A DNA stretch of 64,000 bases from an uncultured delta proteobacterium (GTDB taxonomy: Bacteria; Desulfobacterota; Desulfomonilia; UBA1062): positions 32,001 through 96,000 of the forward strand of contig CAVVYZ010000009.1 in NCBI GenBank assembly GCA_963752595.1. The letters run 5' to 3'. A model generated the notes under the pieces. That model did not search any database. It was not told the DNA's origin and was given only the letters and a program-made list of their open reading frames with translations. Position 1 is the first letter of the stretch. Each line of letters starts with the position of its first letter. Below, piece after piece: positions 1-8,893 of this stretch. The translations under genes were made by a program, and so were the position numbers.

Positions 1-569
1 GGCAGGGGAAGGTAAAATAAGAACCTGCTCAGAATGGCACGGCCGTCCTGGAGAAAGAAAAACATCGTATAGAGGAATACGAAAAAGAGAAAAATGGAAT
101 ACAATGTCGTGATGGTAATGGATGAAATGCTGTTGAACAGAAACGTGCTCATGCCCCCGATGAACTGTCCTGCCCTCTGCAGGATGACATTCTGATATTC
201 AATCAGGTACTCATGGAAAGGCACATGCATGAGCACACTATTGAAAGATGAGGGCTCGTTTATCCAATGCTGTACCCACGGCATAACGGACTGGCTGATG
301 CTGATCGCCTGTCCGGCAACGATGCCCAGCAACCCTGCCAGCGGCAGGAAGATCATGAGGAAGATAATGAGCAGGGTGATCAGCGAGGCAAGGCTTTTCC
401 TGCCGTGGAACCATCTTTCAAACGTATGGAAAAGCGGCTGGGCCATGGAGGAGAAGATCCCTGCCAGCAGTATGACCATCAAGAACTGGCGGATCATGGA
501 TAAAAAAATGGCAGATACGAGCAGTATGATAATCAGTATCGTAATCTTATTCACCAAGGTACGATCCAT
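1..569 (-). CDS. AI-2E family transporter (runs off left edge of window)
   Basis: Manual translation from ATG at 569 (SD GGAGGG upstream): MDRTLVNKITILIIILLVSAIFLSMIRQFLMVILLAGIFSSMAQPLF...RKSLASLITLL...YTMFFFLQDG; multi-TM with AI-2E-like FFFLxDG motif; not in ORF track because it is partial. Confidence 0.8.
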   Translation of the reverse strand, partial: MDRTLVNKITILIIILLVSAIFLSMIRQFLMVILLAGIFSSMAQPLFHTFERWFHGRKSLASLITLLIIFLMIFLPLAGLLGIVAGQAISISQSVMPWVQHWINEPSSFNSVLMHVPFHEYLIEYQNVILQRAGQFIGGMSTFLFNSISSITITTLYSIFLFFVFLYTMFFFLQDGRAILSRFLFYLPL

Positions 570-769
570 ATCACCCTCCGGTTCACCGTCAATGAGCCTT
601 TCTCAATGAAGACAGCCCTGTAGGACCTGTATATCCCACAGTCTGCCGTGTAGAAAAAAACCCTTCCCTAACATTAATGAGCTTGAAGCATCATATCAAT
701 ATTCCATCTTATTCCCAATATCGAAACATGGGAATAAGATGGAATGCTATTCTTTGTTTTGAATTGCCC

Positions 770-1897
770 TTACGGATTTACCGGGGTTTTAACCGGGGCG
801 GGATCGCTGATCACCGGAAGGGAGGTTTTACTGGTATCCGGGGCTTTGTCCGCAGGAATGACGCCCTTGTTTGCCGCCTTATCAGCCGGGGCAGCGGTAC
901 GGTCCGGTTCAGTACGTCCGGCCGCACCGGTGTTGTCCTGAGCCTGTCCGCCTTCTCCCTTGTACTTTTCGCCCTCGATGATGAGGTTGTTGTAGATCAT
1001 CAATATGGTGTTCACGTAAATATCATGATGGTTATAGATCCAGATCGCCTGGCGCCTGCGTTTCAGGTCGGCATCCTCTTTCCAGCCGGCCAGCTTCATG
1101 TAGTTGGCGATACTCGCTATGCAGTCATTCATGCTGAAAGGATCCCGCTTCCCGTCATTGTCGCCGTCAGCACCGTATTTGACAAAGGAAGAAGGAATGA
1201 ACTGGGCCGGACCCAGCGCGCCCGCAAAAGAGCCCTTGATACCGATGGGATCTATCCCGAGGCCGTCTGTCAGCTGAAGGAAAGCCGAGAGCTCTTCGAG
1301 GCCCCACTTGCCCTTTGCCCGGGCGGTCTTGAGCGCCTCATCGTTGAGCTTGTATGTACCTCCCTTTGACTGGAGCACCGATTCGAGGTACTCGGCATCG
1401 AGGAGCGTGGTCAGTGCGGCATACACTTGGAATACGTTGTATCTCATGGGGTAGTTGCCGAGCCTTGTCTCCAGGATCAGGATAGCGGTAATGAGCTCCG
1501 GAGAAATCTCATACTTCTCCCATGCAACTTTAAAAGCTTCATGGTTCTCTTCTATGAAGGCCACTCCCCTGGGATAGAACTTCGGGTCTACCTCCATGAC
1601 CTCAGGATTCTTGGCAGATGCTTTCGGCGTTGAGTCGAACAGATTCTTGGTGATGATCCCCGTATTGACGGCAAACCGCGGATCATTGAGCAAGCTGCGG
1701 ACACGCATTCTCTTATGTCCCTTGCTCACGAGCATATTCTCCACGAACACTTTGGGGTCTGCCTTGACGGCTTCCTCCTTGGGTTGAACGGGCTGAGGCA
1801 CAGGGACCGCAACTTTGGTGTGGGAACAGGATGCCAGGATACATACCGTGAAAATGACAATGGGTAAAAAAAATCGAGTTTTGCCGTCTGTCTTCAT
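770..1897 (-). CDS. Lytic murein transglycosylase, MltB/Slt35 family lipoprotein
   Basis: Lipobox LASC; AILILETRLG, GSFAGALGPAQFIPSS and DGDNDGKRD motifs; Pro/Ala-rich C-terminal tail. Confidence 0.85.
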   Translation of the reverse strand: MKTDGKTRFFLPIVIFTVCILASCSHTKVAVPVPQPVQPKEEAVKADPKVFVENMLVSKGHKRMRVRSLLNDPRFAVNTGIITKNLFDSTPKASAKNPEVMEVDPKFYPRGVAFIEENHEAFKVAWEKYEISPELITAILILETRLGNYPMRYNVFQVYAALTTLLDAEYLESVLQSKGGTYKLNDEALKTARAKGKWGLEELSAFLQLTDGLGIDPIGIKGSFAGALGPAQFIPSSFVKYGADGDNDGKRDPFSMNDCIASIANYMKLAGWKEDADLKRRRQAIWIYNHHDIYVNTILMIYNNLIIEGEKYKGEGGQAQDNTGAAGRTEPDRTAAPADKAANKGVIPADKAPDTSKTSLPVISDPAPVKTPVNP

Positions 1898-2042
1898 GTC
1901 GTCTACTTTCTTTTTAGAGATAATCCTAAAACCTTTGTGCCTGCGATCCTAGCGGATTTCCAGGCCGAGCACAAGGGCTGATCGATACCCGCCCGTGAAG
2001 ACATCCTGTTGCCCGATATCCTTTGTCTTTACGGCGGCGCCC

Positions 2043-2071
2043 TTGAAAGGGGCGAGGCCAAGTCATATATT
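2043..2071 (+). promoter_or_regulatory. Putative sigma70 promoter
   Basis: TTGAAA-N17-TATATT about 30 bp upstream of ATG 2101. Confidence 0.45.
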
Positions 2072-2100
2072 TAAGGAAAACAGACCCAGGAGGATTACCC

Positions 2101-2622
2101 ATGATAAAACGAAAACCTATGGCACTTCTTATCGCGGGCATGCTCATGCTGATGATCGCTTCTCCCGCACTGGCCCAGGCCCAGCATGGGCGCGGTATGG
2201 GGTTAGGCCGGGGTCCGGGAAATGCCGGCATGTTCACCCAGCTCACCCCCCAGCAGCAGCAGACTTTGCAGAAGATCCATGACGCACATCAGAATGCCTT
2301 TACAGACATCAGCCGGAAGCTGTGGGCAAAGCAGATTCAGCTCCAGGCTGCGTTTACCGAGGACAAGATAGATGACGGCAAGGTGAAATCCCTGACGAAC
2401 GATATCAACAGGCTCCGTTCGAACCTGTTCGATGAGCAGGTGAAAATGCAGGTGGAGCTCTCCAAGGCAGGCCTTGCCTATTACACCATGAAGGGCGGGA
2501 CGATGGGCCATGGCATAGGGCCGGGCATGATGGGATCAGGCATGATGGGCGGGATGGCAGGCTGTCCGATGATGGGCACTGATGGAGCCGATCCCGGAAC
2601 GGGAAGCACCCCGGCCCAGTAG
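2101..2622 (+). CDS. Spy/CpxP/ZraP-family periplasmic protein (heavy-metal resistance-associated)
   Basis: Signal peptide, LTPQQQ (LTxxQ) motif, helical core, Gly/Met-rich termini (GMMGSGMMGGMAGCPMMG); SD AGGAGG. Confidence 0.8.
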   Translation: MIKRKPMALLIAGMLMLMIASPALAQAQHGRGMGLGRGPGNAGMFTQLTPQQQQTLQKIHDAHQNAFTDISRKLWAKQIQLQAAFTEDKIDDGKVKSLTNDINRLRSNLFDEQVKMQVELSKAGLAYYTMKGGTMGHGIGPGMMGSGMMGGMAGCPMMGTDGADPGTGSTPAQ

Positions 2623-2637
2623 AGATCGGCATCGTAT

Positions 2638-2784
2638 AGTGAAGTACCCCTTAAGCCAAGCTGCCGGATTACCCGTTCTTCCTCTCCCGGGGCACCCGCA
2701 TAGCGGGTCTTGAAGAGGATACAGGGGGGGTAAAATAAAAATGCTTTTTGATACCCCGTCTCTTGGCTTAAGGGGTACCTCACT
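2638..2784. repeat. 147-bp element bounded by 23-bp inverted repeats (MITE-like or structured RNA)
   Basis: agtgaagtaccccttaagccaag (2638-2660) vs cttggcttaaggggtacctcact (2762-2784): one mismatch, 17-bp perfect core; two internal hairpins. Confidence 0.75.
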
Positions 2785-2808
2785 GCAGTCCGTTTCCCGA
2801 AGCTTCCC

Positions 2809-4104
2809 TCACAGGATGTTCTTCCCTTGCATAAGCCTGATCAGCGTTTCCAGATATCTTGATTTCACCTGCCGGCCCGCAAGTGCCTGTTTGATGGGAG
2901 GAATCTTCAGGATGACACCCAAGACACCCGCAAGAGCCCGGTGGCTCCACAGCACCTGGTTGTCGAAGATCAGGTTCTGCAGCTTGCCCCGCTCTATGGC
3001 CATCACCACCGCACGGTGGGCTCCGTTCAAAGGAGTAAGAACCCTCTTGTCCCGAGGCTTCAGAAGGATCAGGCCCTTTGCGCAGGAGCGGACGCACAGC
3101 CCGCATCCAAGGCAGCGGTCTTCATCCGGCTCAGCCTTCTTCGTGCTCTTGTACGCAGAGGCTGCGGAAGGAACGAGCATCATTGCTTCCACAGGACAGG
3201 CCTGAACGCACTTTCCGCATCCGCTGCAGTCCTGCTCCTCGATCCGGGGGATGAAGTTGGTGGTATGGATAGAAACCTCCCCGGCAAATCTCCGTGCGGC
3301 GATGAGGCCCTCGCAACAGCATCTGCAGCAGTTGCAGATAAAATTGACACCCTCTCTTACATTTTCGCCGAACTGGACCAGACCGTGCTCATAGGCAACG
3401 TGCAGCAGGTCGAGGCCTTCGGCTGCATCCACCTCCCGGGCGAATCCGTGCTTGATGAGCGACTCCGCAGGGGAGCTGAAGGTCATGCAGATATCGAGCG
3501 GGGCACCGCAGGCACGGCCGAGATGGTGCATCTTGTGACGACAGTAACAGAGGCTGACAGCCCTTCGGGATGCGCCTTTAATGACCTCTGTGGCGCGTTC
3601 ATAATCCAGGACGTGCAGGCCGTCGGCACCGGATAATGCCGGCTCATGGACAAAGGTGCGGCCAAGCTGGGTTTCTCCCTGTATAAACAGATCCCTGATA
3701 AAGGCCTCTTCCACGTTCAGATACTGATAAAACAGCTCGCTCAGCATCCTCTGGTCGATATCATCCCGGACGCGCATAAGGGAGAATTCAAAAAATCCCG
3801 CCATGGGCGGAGGCAGTGCATACACGGACTGTCCGTCATGGTCGATGTCTACCAGGACTGCCCTTCCCGCCAGTCCGTCCAGGACCTTCTGAGCGCTTGC
3901 CTGGTCCATCTTCCATGCCCGGGCCGCTTTTTCCACGGTGAACGGCCTGATGGGCAGGAGAGATACAAGACCGGCTTCTTTCTCGCTGAAAAGAATTTTC
4001 AGAATCCTGAACAGGAGATCAGAGGGCGGTGCGCCCTGGGGGAAACGATTCAACCGGTCTGCCAAGCGGGAGTATCCTGACGGAGTAGTGTTATGATGGG
4101 CCAT
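2809..4104 (-). CDS. 4Fe-4S dicluster domain-containing protein
   Basis: CSGCGKCVQAC and CLGCGLCVRSC ferredoxin motifs plus CYCR...C...C and CNCCRCCC clusters. Confidence 0.85.
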   Translation of the reverse strand: MAHHNTTPSGYSRLADRLNRFPQGAPPSDLLFRILKILFSEKEAGLVSLLPIRPFTVEKAARAWKMDQASAQKVLDGLAGRAVLVDIDHDGQSVYALPPPMAGFFEFSLMRVRDDIDQRMLSELFYQYLNVEEAFIRDLFIQGETQLGRTFVHEPALSGADGLHVLDYERATEVIKGASRRAVSLCYCRHKMHHLGRACGAPLDICMTFSSPAESLIKHGFAREVDAAEGLDLLHVAYEHGLVQFGENVREGVNFICNCCRCCCEGLIAARRFAGEVSIHTTNFIPRIEEQDCSGCGKCVQACPVEAMMLVPSAASAYKSTKKAEPDEDRCLGCGLCVRSCAKGLILLKPRDKRVLTPLNGAHRAVVMAIERGKLQNLIFDNQVLWSHRALAGVLGVILKIPPIKQALAGRQVKSRYLETLIRLMQGKNIL

Positions 4105-4191
4105 AGTAAAAACTATCTCGATCTTTCGATGGGTCCGCGTGCCATCGTGGGATCGCGCCGCTCCTGTTGTTCCTGCTCCGCATGTACCGGC

Positions 4192-4572
4192 CTAATCCTT
4201 TGCATTCCCTGTTTCATCAGGTACTGCCACGATCCCCCATACCCCGAAGCAGACCATGCCGACCGTGATCCCTTTGAATGCCCAGAAGCAGCAGAACGTG
4301 ACTGAGCCCATGGAATAGAGCTCTTCAGCCTGGGGGATGGTTATGACACCCTGATAGAGCAGGATGCCCAGCAGAAGGCCGAGAATGCTTCCGATACACA
4401 CCCCTGCAGCAAGCCGATGGAAAAGTATCCGGGGGAATACGGCCTCCGGTTTGTAACGGGCACCCGGCATCGGGTCTCTGTGATGGCGCATCATCTCTTC
4501 AGCGAGACCCGTCATGCCTCCCAGGGGGGGATAAGGGACCAGTGCTTCCTGTCCGTCCGGCGTGTTATTCAT
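4192..4572 (-). CDS. Small hypothetical membrane protein (2 TM), third gene of the CWB2-like operon
   Basis: ATG overlaps the upstream gene's stop (ATGA); two hydrophobic segments; Met/His-rich N-terminus. Confidence 0.6.
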   Translation of the reverse strand: MNNTPDGQEALVPYPPLGGMTGLAEEMMRHHRDPMPGARYKPEAVFPRILFHRLAAGVCIGSILGLLLGILLYQGVITIPQAEELYSMGSVTFCCFWAFKGITVGMVCFGVWGIVAVPDETGNAKD

Positions 4573-5840
4573 TTTATCTTCTCCTTGCTTTTCAGCTCCT
4601 GCTCTGTTTCGGTCCGATTTTCTCTGCTTTCGAGCAGCTGGTCGAGCCCGGCCTGGATTCTCCAGCTGATGGTGCCATCTCCACCGACGATCCAGCCGTG
4701 GTTCAGGCGCTGCTGTCCCGGGAGAGCGGGATAAGGCCTGATGACCCGTAAAAAGTCCGCAACCGGCACAGGGATATCATCGCGGTCTACCACCAGCACT
4801 GCCGCATGCTTCCCCATATGGCTCAAGGTTGCTGCAGGCAGCACGTTCTGCCAGCCTCCCGGGCCGTTTGGGTTCACACAAATGACATTATGCCCAGCTT
4901 CGTTCATATCCCAGCCGAAAGACCTGGCGCCTTCCCATATCCATGCACCCCAATCCCGGCCTGTGTCGTGAAAGCCTGCAAAGCGGGCACTGATCTCCGG
5001 GAGGGAACCGCCCGGTATCCTGATCAAATGGCCATACGATCCGAGCTCATGGGCGACATGTTCCGGGATCACCGTCCCATCCCCGAAAAGGTAGAGCCAC
5101 GGTCCGTTCATACGCCGTTTCAGGATTCTCTTCGTCTCCTCCGGGATTTCCCCGTTCGTTACAAAGGCGAGCCCGTCACCCATGTGGGCATTCCAGAAAA
5201 CACCCGGTAAGGAGGGCATCAGGTTGTCGAGATTGGCTATGACGACCCCATTCCTGTGGTCGCCGTGCATGGTCGAGGTCCAGTTATCCAGCTTTTCCGA
5301 AAGCGCTGCGGCATCGGGCGCCTTCAGCACCCTTATATTAAGCCCAAGGCTTCGAACCTCTTTACGCACTTCATCCCCGATGGTCCCCACCAGGTAGGCC
5401 TGCGTATTCCCGTCCATCATCACCCCTTCCGGCTTGAGGCGTATGATCTCCGAGCGGGTCAGGGCCGGGATGACATCCTCTTCCACATAGAGAAGCGGGG
5501 CATTGAGGGGAAAGTGCTGCACCCTGCTCGCGGCGAGCATTGCCTCGGCAAGGTTGTTCCGGTTCACCAGCACCACAGCACCTGGTGAGTTCGCCTCTTC
5601 GTTTGCCGGGTACATGAGCTGTGAAACGGCAACTGCCGTTTCAACCGGATCATCCGATCCGATGCGGCCCGTATTCACCGTGACAAGCCCCTGATCGACC
5701 GGGAGCGGCATGGAGGCACCCAGCTCCTGTTCAGGCTTCAGGACGGCCTTCTCATAGGAGATTATGCCTGCGAGGATTGCCATCGAGGCCAATGCTGTGC
5801 CGGACAGAATCAGGAGAGTCGATGTGTATCGCCAATGCAT
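4569..5840 (-). CDS. Membrane-anchored protein with cell wall-binding repeat 2 (CWB2)-like repeats
   Basis: Probable start MHWRYTST at 5840 (the ORF-track extension overlaps the upstream gene); N-terminal TM; repeats such as GRIGSDDPVETAVAVSQ...VVLVN...LNAPLLYV. Confidence 0.65.
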   Translation of the reverse strand: MHWRYTSTLLILSGTALASMAILAGIISYEKAVLKPEQELGASMPLPVDQGLVTVNTGRIGSDDPVETAVAVSQLMYPANEEANSPGAVVLVNRNNLAEAMLAASRVQHFPLNAPLLYVEEDVIPALTRSEIIRLKPEGVMMDGNTQAYLVGTIGDEVRKEVRSLGLNIRVLKAPDAAALSEKLDNWTSTMHGDHRNGVVIANLDNLMPSLPGVFWNAHMGDGLAFVTNGEIPEETKRILKRRMNGPWLYLFGDGTVIPEHVAHELGSYGHLIRIPGGSLPEISARFAGFHDTGRDWGAWIWEGARSFGWDMNEAGHNVICVNPNGPGGWQNVLPAATLSHMGKHAAVLVVDRDDIPVPVADFLRVIRPYPALPGQQRLNHGWIVGGDGTISWRIQAGLDQLLESRENRTETEQELKSKEKIK

Positions 5841-5851
5841 CTTTAATCTTC

Positions 5852-7609
5852 CTATATGAGCCCTGACTTGCGGCGGCTGCGGACCATAAGGCAATTGAAG
5901 GGCCATGCAACGAGAAACGCAAGAAAGACGGTGAAGAACATGACGCCGAACCAGAGAATGTTTTTCTCCCGGGGCATCATGGGGAGATTCCACATCATGA
6001 GCCACCACATGGCAGGAAACATGGCAAGCGATGCGGCAGCCATGGAAACAAGGATGACGGGCAACGCCCTGGTAAGCGCCTGTGCATACGTCTGCCCCTG
6101 GAACATGGAGAGCATGGGGGTCTGGTAGAGGGGCCATGCAATGAGCACCGCGACGACGAAATTTGCTCCCATGACGAGCACCATCGGCGACCCAAGCCAG
6201 AAGAACGGGCCCCGGCCGATTACCATGGGCAATCCGAAGAATGAGAGCACGAACCCAGTTGCCACCATGATCTGGGCCCCTATGCCGACGCTTCCGGCCG
6301 CAGCAGCCATCCCCTGGAGCCATAATGGCCTGTCCCATGCCGCCATTCCGTTGTGGTCGATTACGGGAACCCGGTATGCCAGCCGGTAGAAGAAGATCCC
6401 GAACGGCCCCAAGGCTATGGTGAGGAGCGGCCAAGACAACCTCATAACCCAGTGCATCCCGGGCAGGAACCTGGCGGCATGGAAGATGATCCACAGACTT
6501 GAGGCAAACCCCAGGGCGATCCAGGCAGAGGCGAGCATGTCCATGCCCGAAACTCCGGGGCCTTTCATCCGGTAAGGCCCGATTTCGACGGCATAGTCGG
6601 CCTGGCTCTGTGCCGTAAACGAGACCGCAGCCTCGTCACCGAGTATCCAGATATGATGGAAGGGCCCTTCCGACGGAGTCGTCCAGAAGGCCGGCCGCTG
6701 GCTCCAGAGATAGTTGTTTACAACCTGCGGGAGCTCGTGCTCATCTGTCCAGAGCAGAGGCCCGGGTTTTCCCCTCCGTGCGAGATTCGCGCTCAGGAGT
6801 GCGGTCGCAGGGTCGTTTGCCCTCGCAAGGGTAAATCCCCGGTAGCCGGTGAGCGTGCCGGAGTTGAAATCCCAACCGAAAAGGTCGTCGGGATTAAAGA
6901 ACCCGGCAAAAGCAATTGATGCCTGGGCCGGGGTTTTTCCGGATATGTGCTTCATCCCTTTTACACGCACATCCCCGAGGGCGTACAAAGGGATTTCCTG
7001 GGGAGCCTGCTTCGAATCGAACACGATAAGGTCTCCGCTGTACGCAGCCCAAGGCGCAGCAAGAAGTGCCGTAGCCGGCTCACGCTCATCCACCATGAGG
7101 GCATGGAGAGGGGGTGCATTCGCTTTTTCCAGGATGGGAAGGATATCATCCGGTCCGATATGGAGTGCACTTTGCTTTGCAAAGGCTTTATTAACCGCCA
7201 GAACCTTTTTCCCGCCAAGAAAGCGGCTGCCGCCTGGTTTGAGGCGATCAATCTCTTCCTGCACATTACCGGCTGAGGGGAGCAGAACTGCATTCAGCGG
7301 CCTCAGAAGGCTCGCTGCAGCCAGTCCTCCCTGCCAGTCTTCAGGTGCATAGAGAATGACAAGATCCGGGGTATTCGCCGGCTCGGTGGCAGGATAGACT
7401 GCGCGGCTCACTGCAGCTGCAACCTCGCCAAGATCCTTTCCGGTGAACCTGGTGGTATTCTTGGTGTTCAAGTGCATCCTCTCCTGGCCGGAGCCTTCCG
7501 GATGGATGATGTTTCTGTACGGCACGGCCAGTATTCCGGCCGTCAGGATCGCCGCAACGAGTACGGCAACGGTTGTTCCGGTGATTTTTACCCATAAAGG
7601 ATCTTTCAT
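5852..7609 (-). CDS. CWB2-like repeat protein fused to C-terminal DUF4396-like multi-TM domain
   Basis: N-terminal TM; TTRFTGKDLGEVAAAVS...LNAVLL repeats; Met/Trp-rich C-terminal helices ending FLVAWPFNCLMVRSRRKSGLI. Confidence 0.7.
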   Translation of the reverse strand: MKDPLWVKITGTTVAVLVAAILTAGILAVPYRNIIHPEGSGQERMHLNTKNTTRFTGKDLGEVAAAVSRAVYPATEPANTPDLVILYAPEDWQGGLAAASLLRPLNAVLLPSAGNVQEEIDRLKPGGSRFLGGKKVLAVNKAFAKQSALHIGPDDILPILEKANAPPLHALMVDEREPATALLAAPWAAYSGDLIVFDSKQAPQEIPLYALGDVRVKGMKHISGKTPAQASIAFAGFFNPDDLFGWDFNSGTLTGYRGFTLARANDPATALLSANLARRGKPGPLLWTDEHELPQVVNNYLWSQRPAFWTTPSEGPFHHIWILGDEAAVSFTAQSQADYAVEIGPYRMKGPGVSGMDMLASAWIALGFASSLWIIFHAARFLPGMHWVMRLSWPLLTIALGPFGIFFYRLAYRVPVIDHNGMAAWDRPLWLQGMAAAAGSVGIGAQIMVATGFVLSFFGLPMVIGRGPFFWLGSPMVLVMGANFVVAVLIAWPLYQTPMLSMFQGQTYAQALTRALPVILVSMAAASLAMFPAMWWLMMWNLPMMPREKNILWFGVMFFTVFLAFLVAWPFNCLMVRSRRKSGLI

Positions 7610-7734
7610 TCTAAGCGCCCTGCCGAACAATCATATACCCCGGAATCCCGGGGAGTTCATTTCCGGGTGAAGAGATCCGCCCGTTACCCGGAGCCCGGTT
7701 CAAAGAAAAGAGAGCAGTCTTGCTCGCTACCCCT

Positions 7735-8499
7735 TCATGGTTGGAAAAAATTCTGGGCCAGGGTGACGGCGATGTCGGACAGGAGGGTCTTCAGTGCCTC
7801 CGAGATGACAGGAATCTGTTCTTCGTTGCCGCAGGAGGCGTCAATCGACCTCTGAAACTTCTCCTGGTTATTCCCTGCCCTCCAGATGATGCGGTTGGTA
7901 CGCGTGTCTATCAGCTCCGCACGTGCCTGGGCTACAACGGCCATATGATCGTTGTAGGCATAGATATAGTGGCAGTATGGGCCGTAGCGCACGAGCCGTA
8001 TCACCACGAGATAGTCCGCTCCGTAGGCCCTGCCCAGTCCCCTGTAGTCCGCTGTTGCATAGAGGTATTCCACCAGCCCGCCGCTGAACGGGGGGAGGCT
8101 CCTTTCCGCTATATACTCATCTACTTTGAAAGATGAGAATCCCCTTTTCTTAAGCCCTGATACGAAAAGGTCCTGCACACGGGAAAATTCCCGTGCATCG
8201 AGCTCCAGTATCTCCATCTGCAGCGGCTTCATCTCTGCAATCCGCAGAGGCTGGTATTCGGCATCATCCATCCAGGGCCCCTCCGTGAAGCCGAACTGAT
8301 CCGAAACCTTCACCACGCGGGTGTTGGTCACCCCTTCCGTGATCGCCGCCGGGGGCAATGTCAGCAATATCACACCTACTCTCTTCCCTTGCTGCTGTAT
8401 CCAGAACTGGGGATCGAGATGTATGGGCCTGCCTGAGGAGCATCCTACCAGGAATAGCAACAGGAGCATCAGAGGACCTACGACAATCCTTGTCTTCAT
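7735..8499 (-). CDS. Hypothetical lipoprotein
   Basis: Start MKTRIVVG with SD AGGAGG; lipobox LVGC. Confidence 0.65.
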   Translation of the reverse strand: MKTRIVVGPLMLLLLFLVGCSSGRPIHLDPQFWIQQQGKRVGVILLTLPPAAITEGVTNTRVVKVSDQFGFTEGPWMDDAEYQPLRIAEMKPLQMEILELDAREFSRVQDLFVSGLKKRGFSSFKVDEYIAERSLPPFSGGLVEYLYATADYRGLGRAYGADYLVVIRLVRYGPYCHYIYAYNDHMAVVAQARAELIDTRTNRIIWRAGNNQEKFQRSIDASCGNEEQIPVISEALKTLLSDIAVTLAQNFFQP

Positions 8500-8752
8500 A
8501 CCGGTCCACCTCCTTGTCGAGGCTCTACACATGAATAGTAATCTCTCTAAGGTTCCGGCTCAATGGTACAATGGGATTCAGGGGAAAATCGAGGATCAAT
8601 TGTTATGGTTATTCAATCGGTTACAGGGTTATGAATGTGTCCGGGATGCGGGACTTGGGGGGGGTGCTCTATTTTCTCAGAGAGTTGGTCTACTTTTTCA
8701 TAAAATGACCTCAGCAACGACATCATTCGGAAATACCATTTTTCCTCACCTA

Positions 8753-8780
8753 TTGACTTCTACATTATAAAAATTATTAT
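8753..8780 (+). promoter_or_regulatory. Putative sigma70 promoter in a very AT-rich intergenic tract
   Basis: TTGACT-N16-TATTAT; AT-rich tract about 8750-8870. Confidence 0.4.
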
Positions 8781-8893
8781 ACATATTATTGTTATGGTAT
8801 AATTTAACATTAATATTCTAAAATATAATTATGTCTCTATCAATGGATGATTTCGTATCACAAAATATACGTTAGGCATTGAGGAGGGAAATC

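Noticed and set aside
5841-6494. ORF-track 217-aa N-terminal extension of the 4569-6494 ORF
   Set aside because: It overlaps the upstream gene in another frame and looks non-coding; the ATG at 5840 follows the upstream stop and begins a TM anchor.
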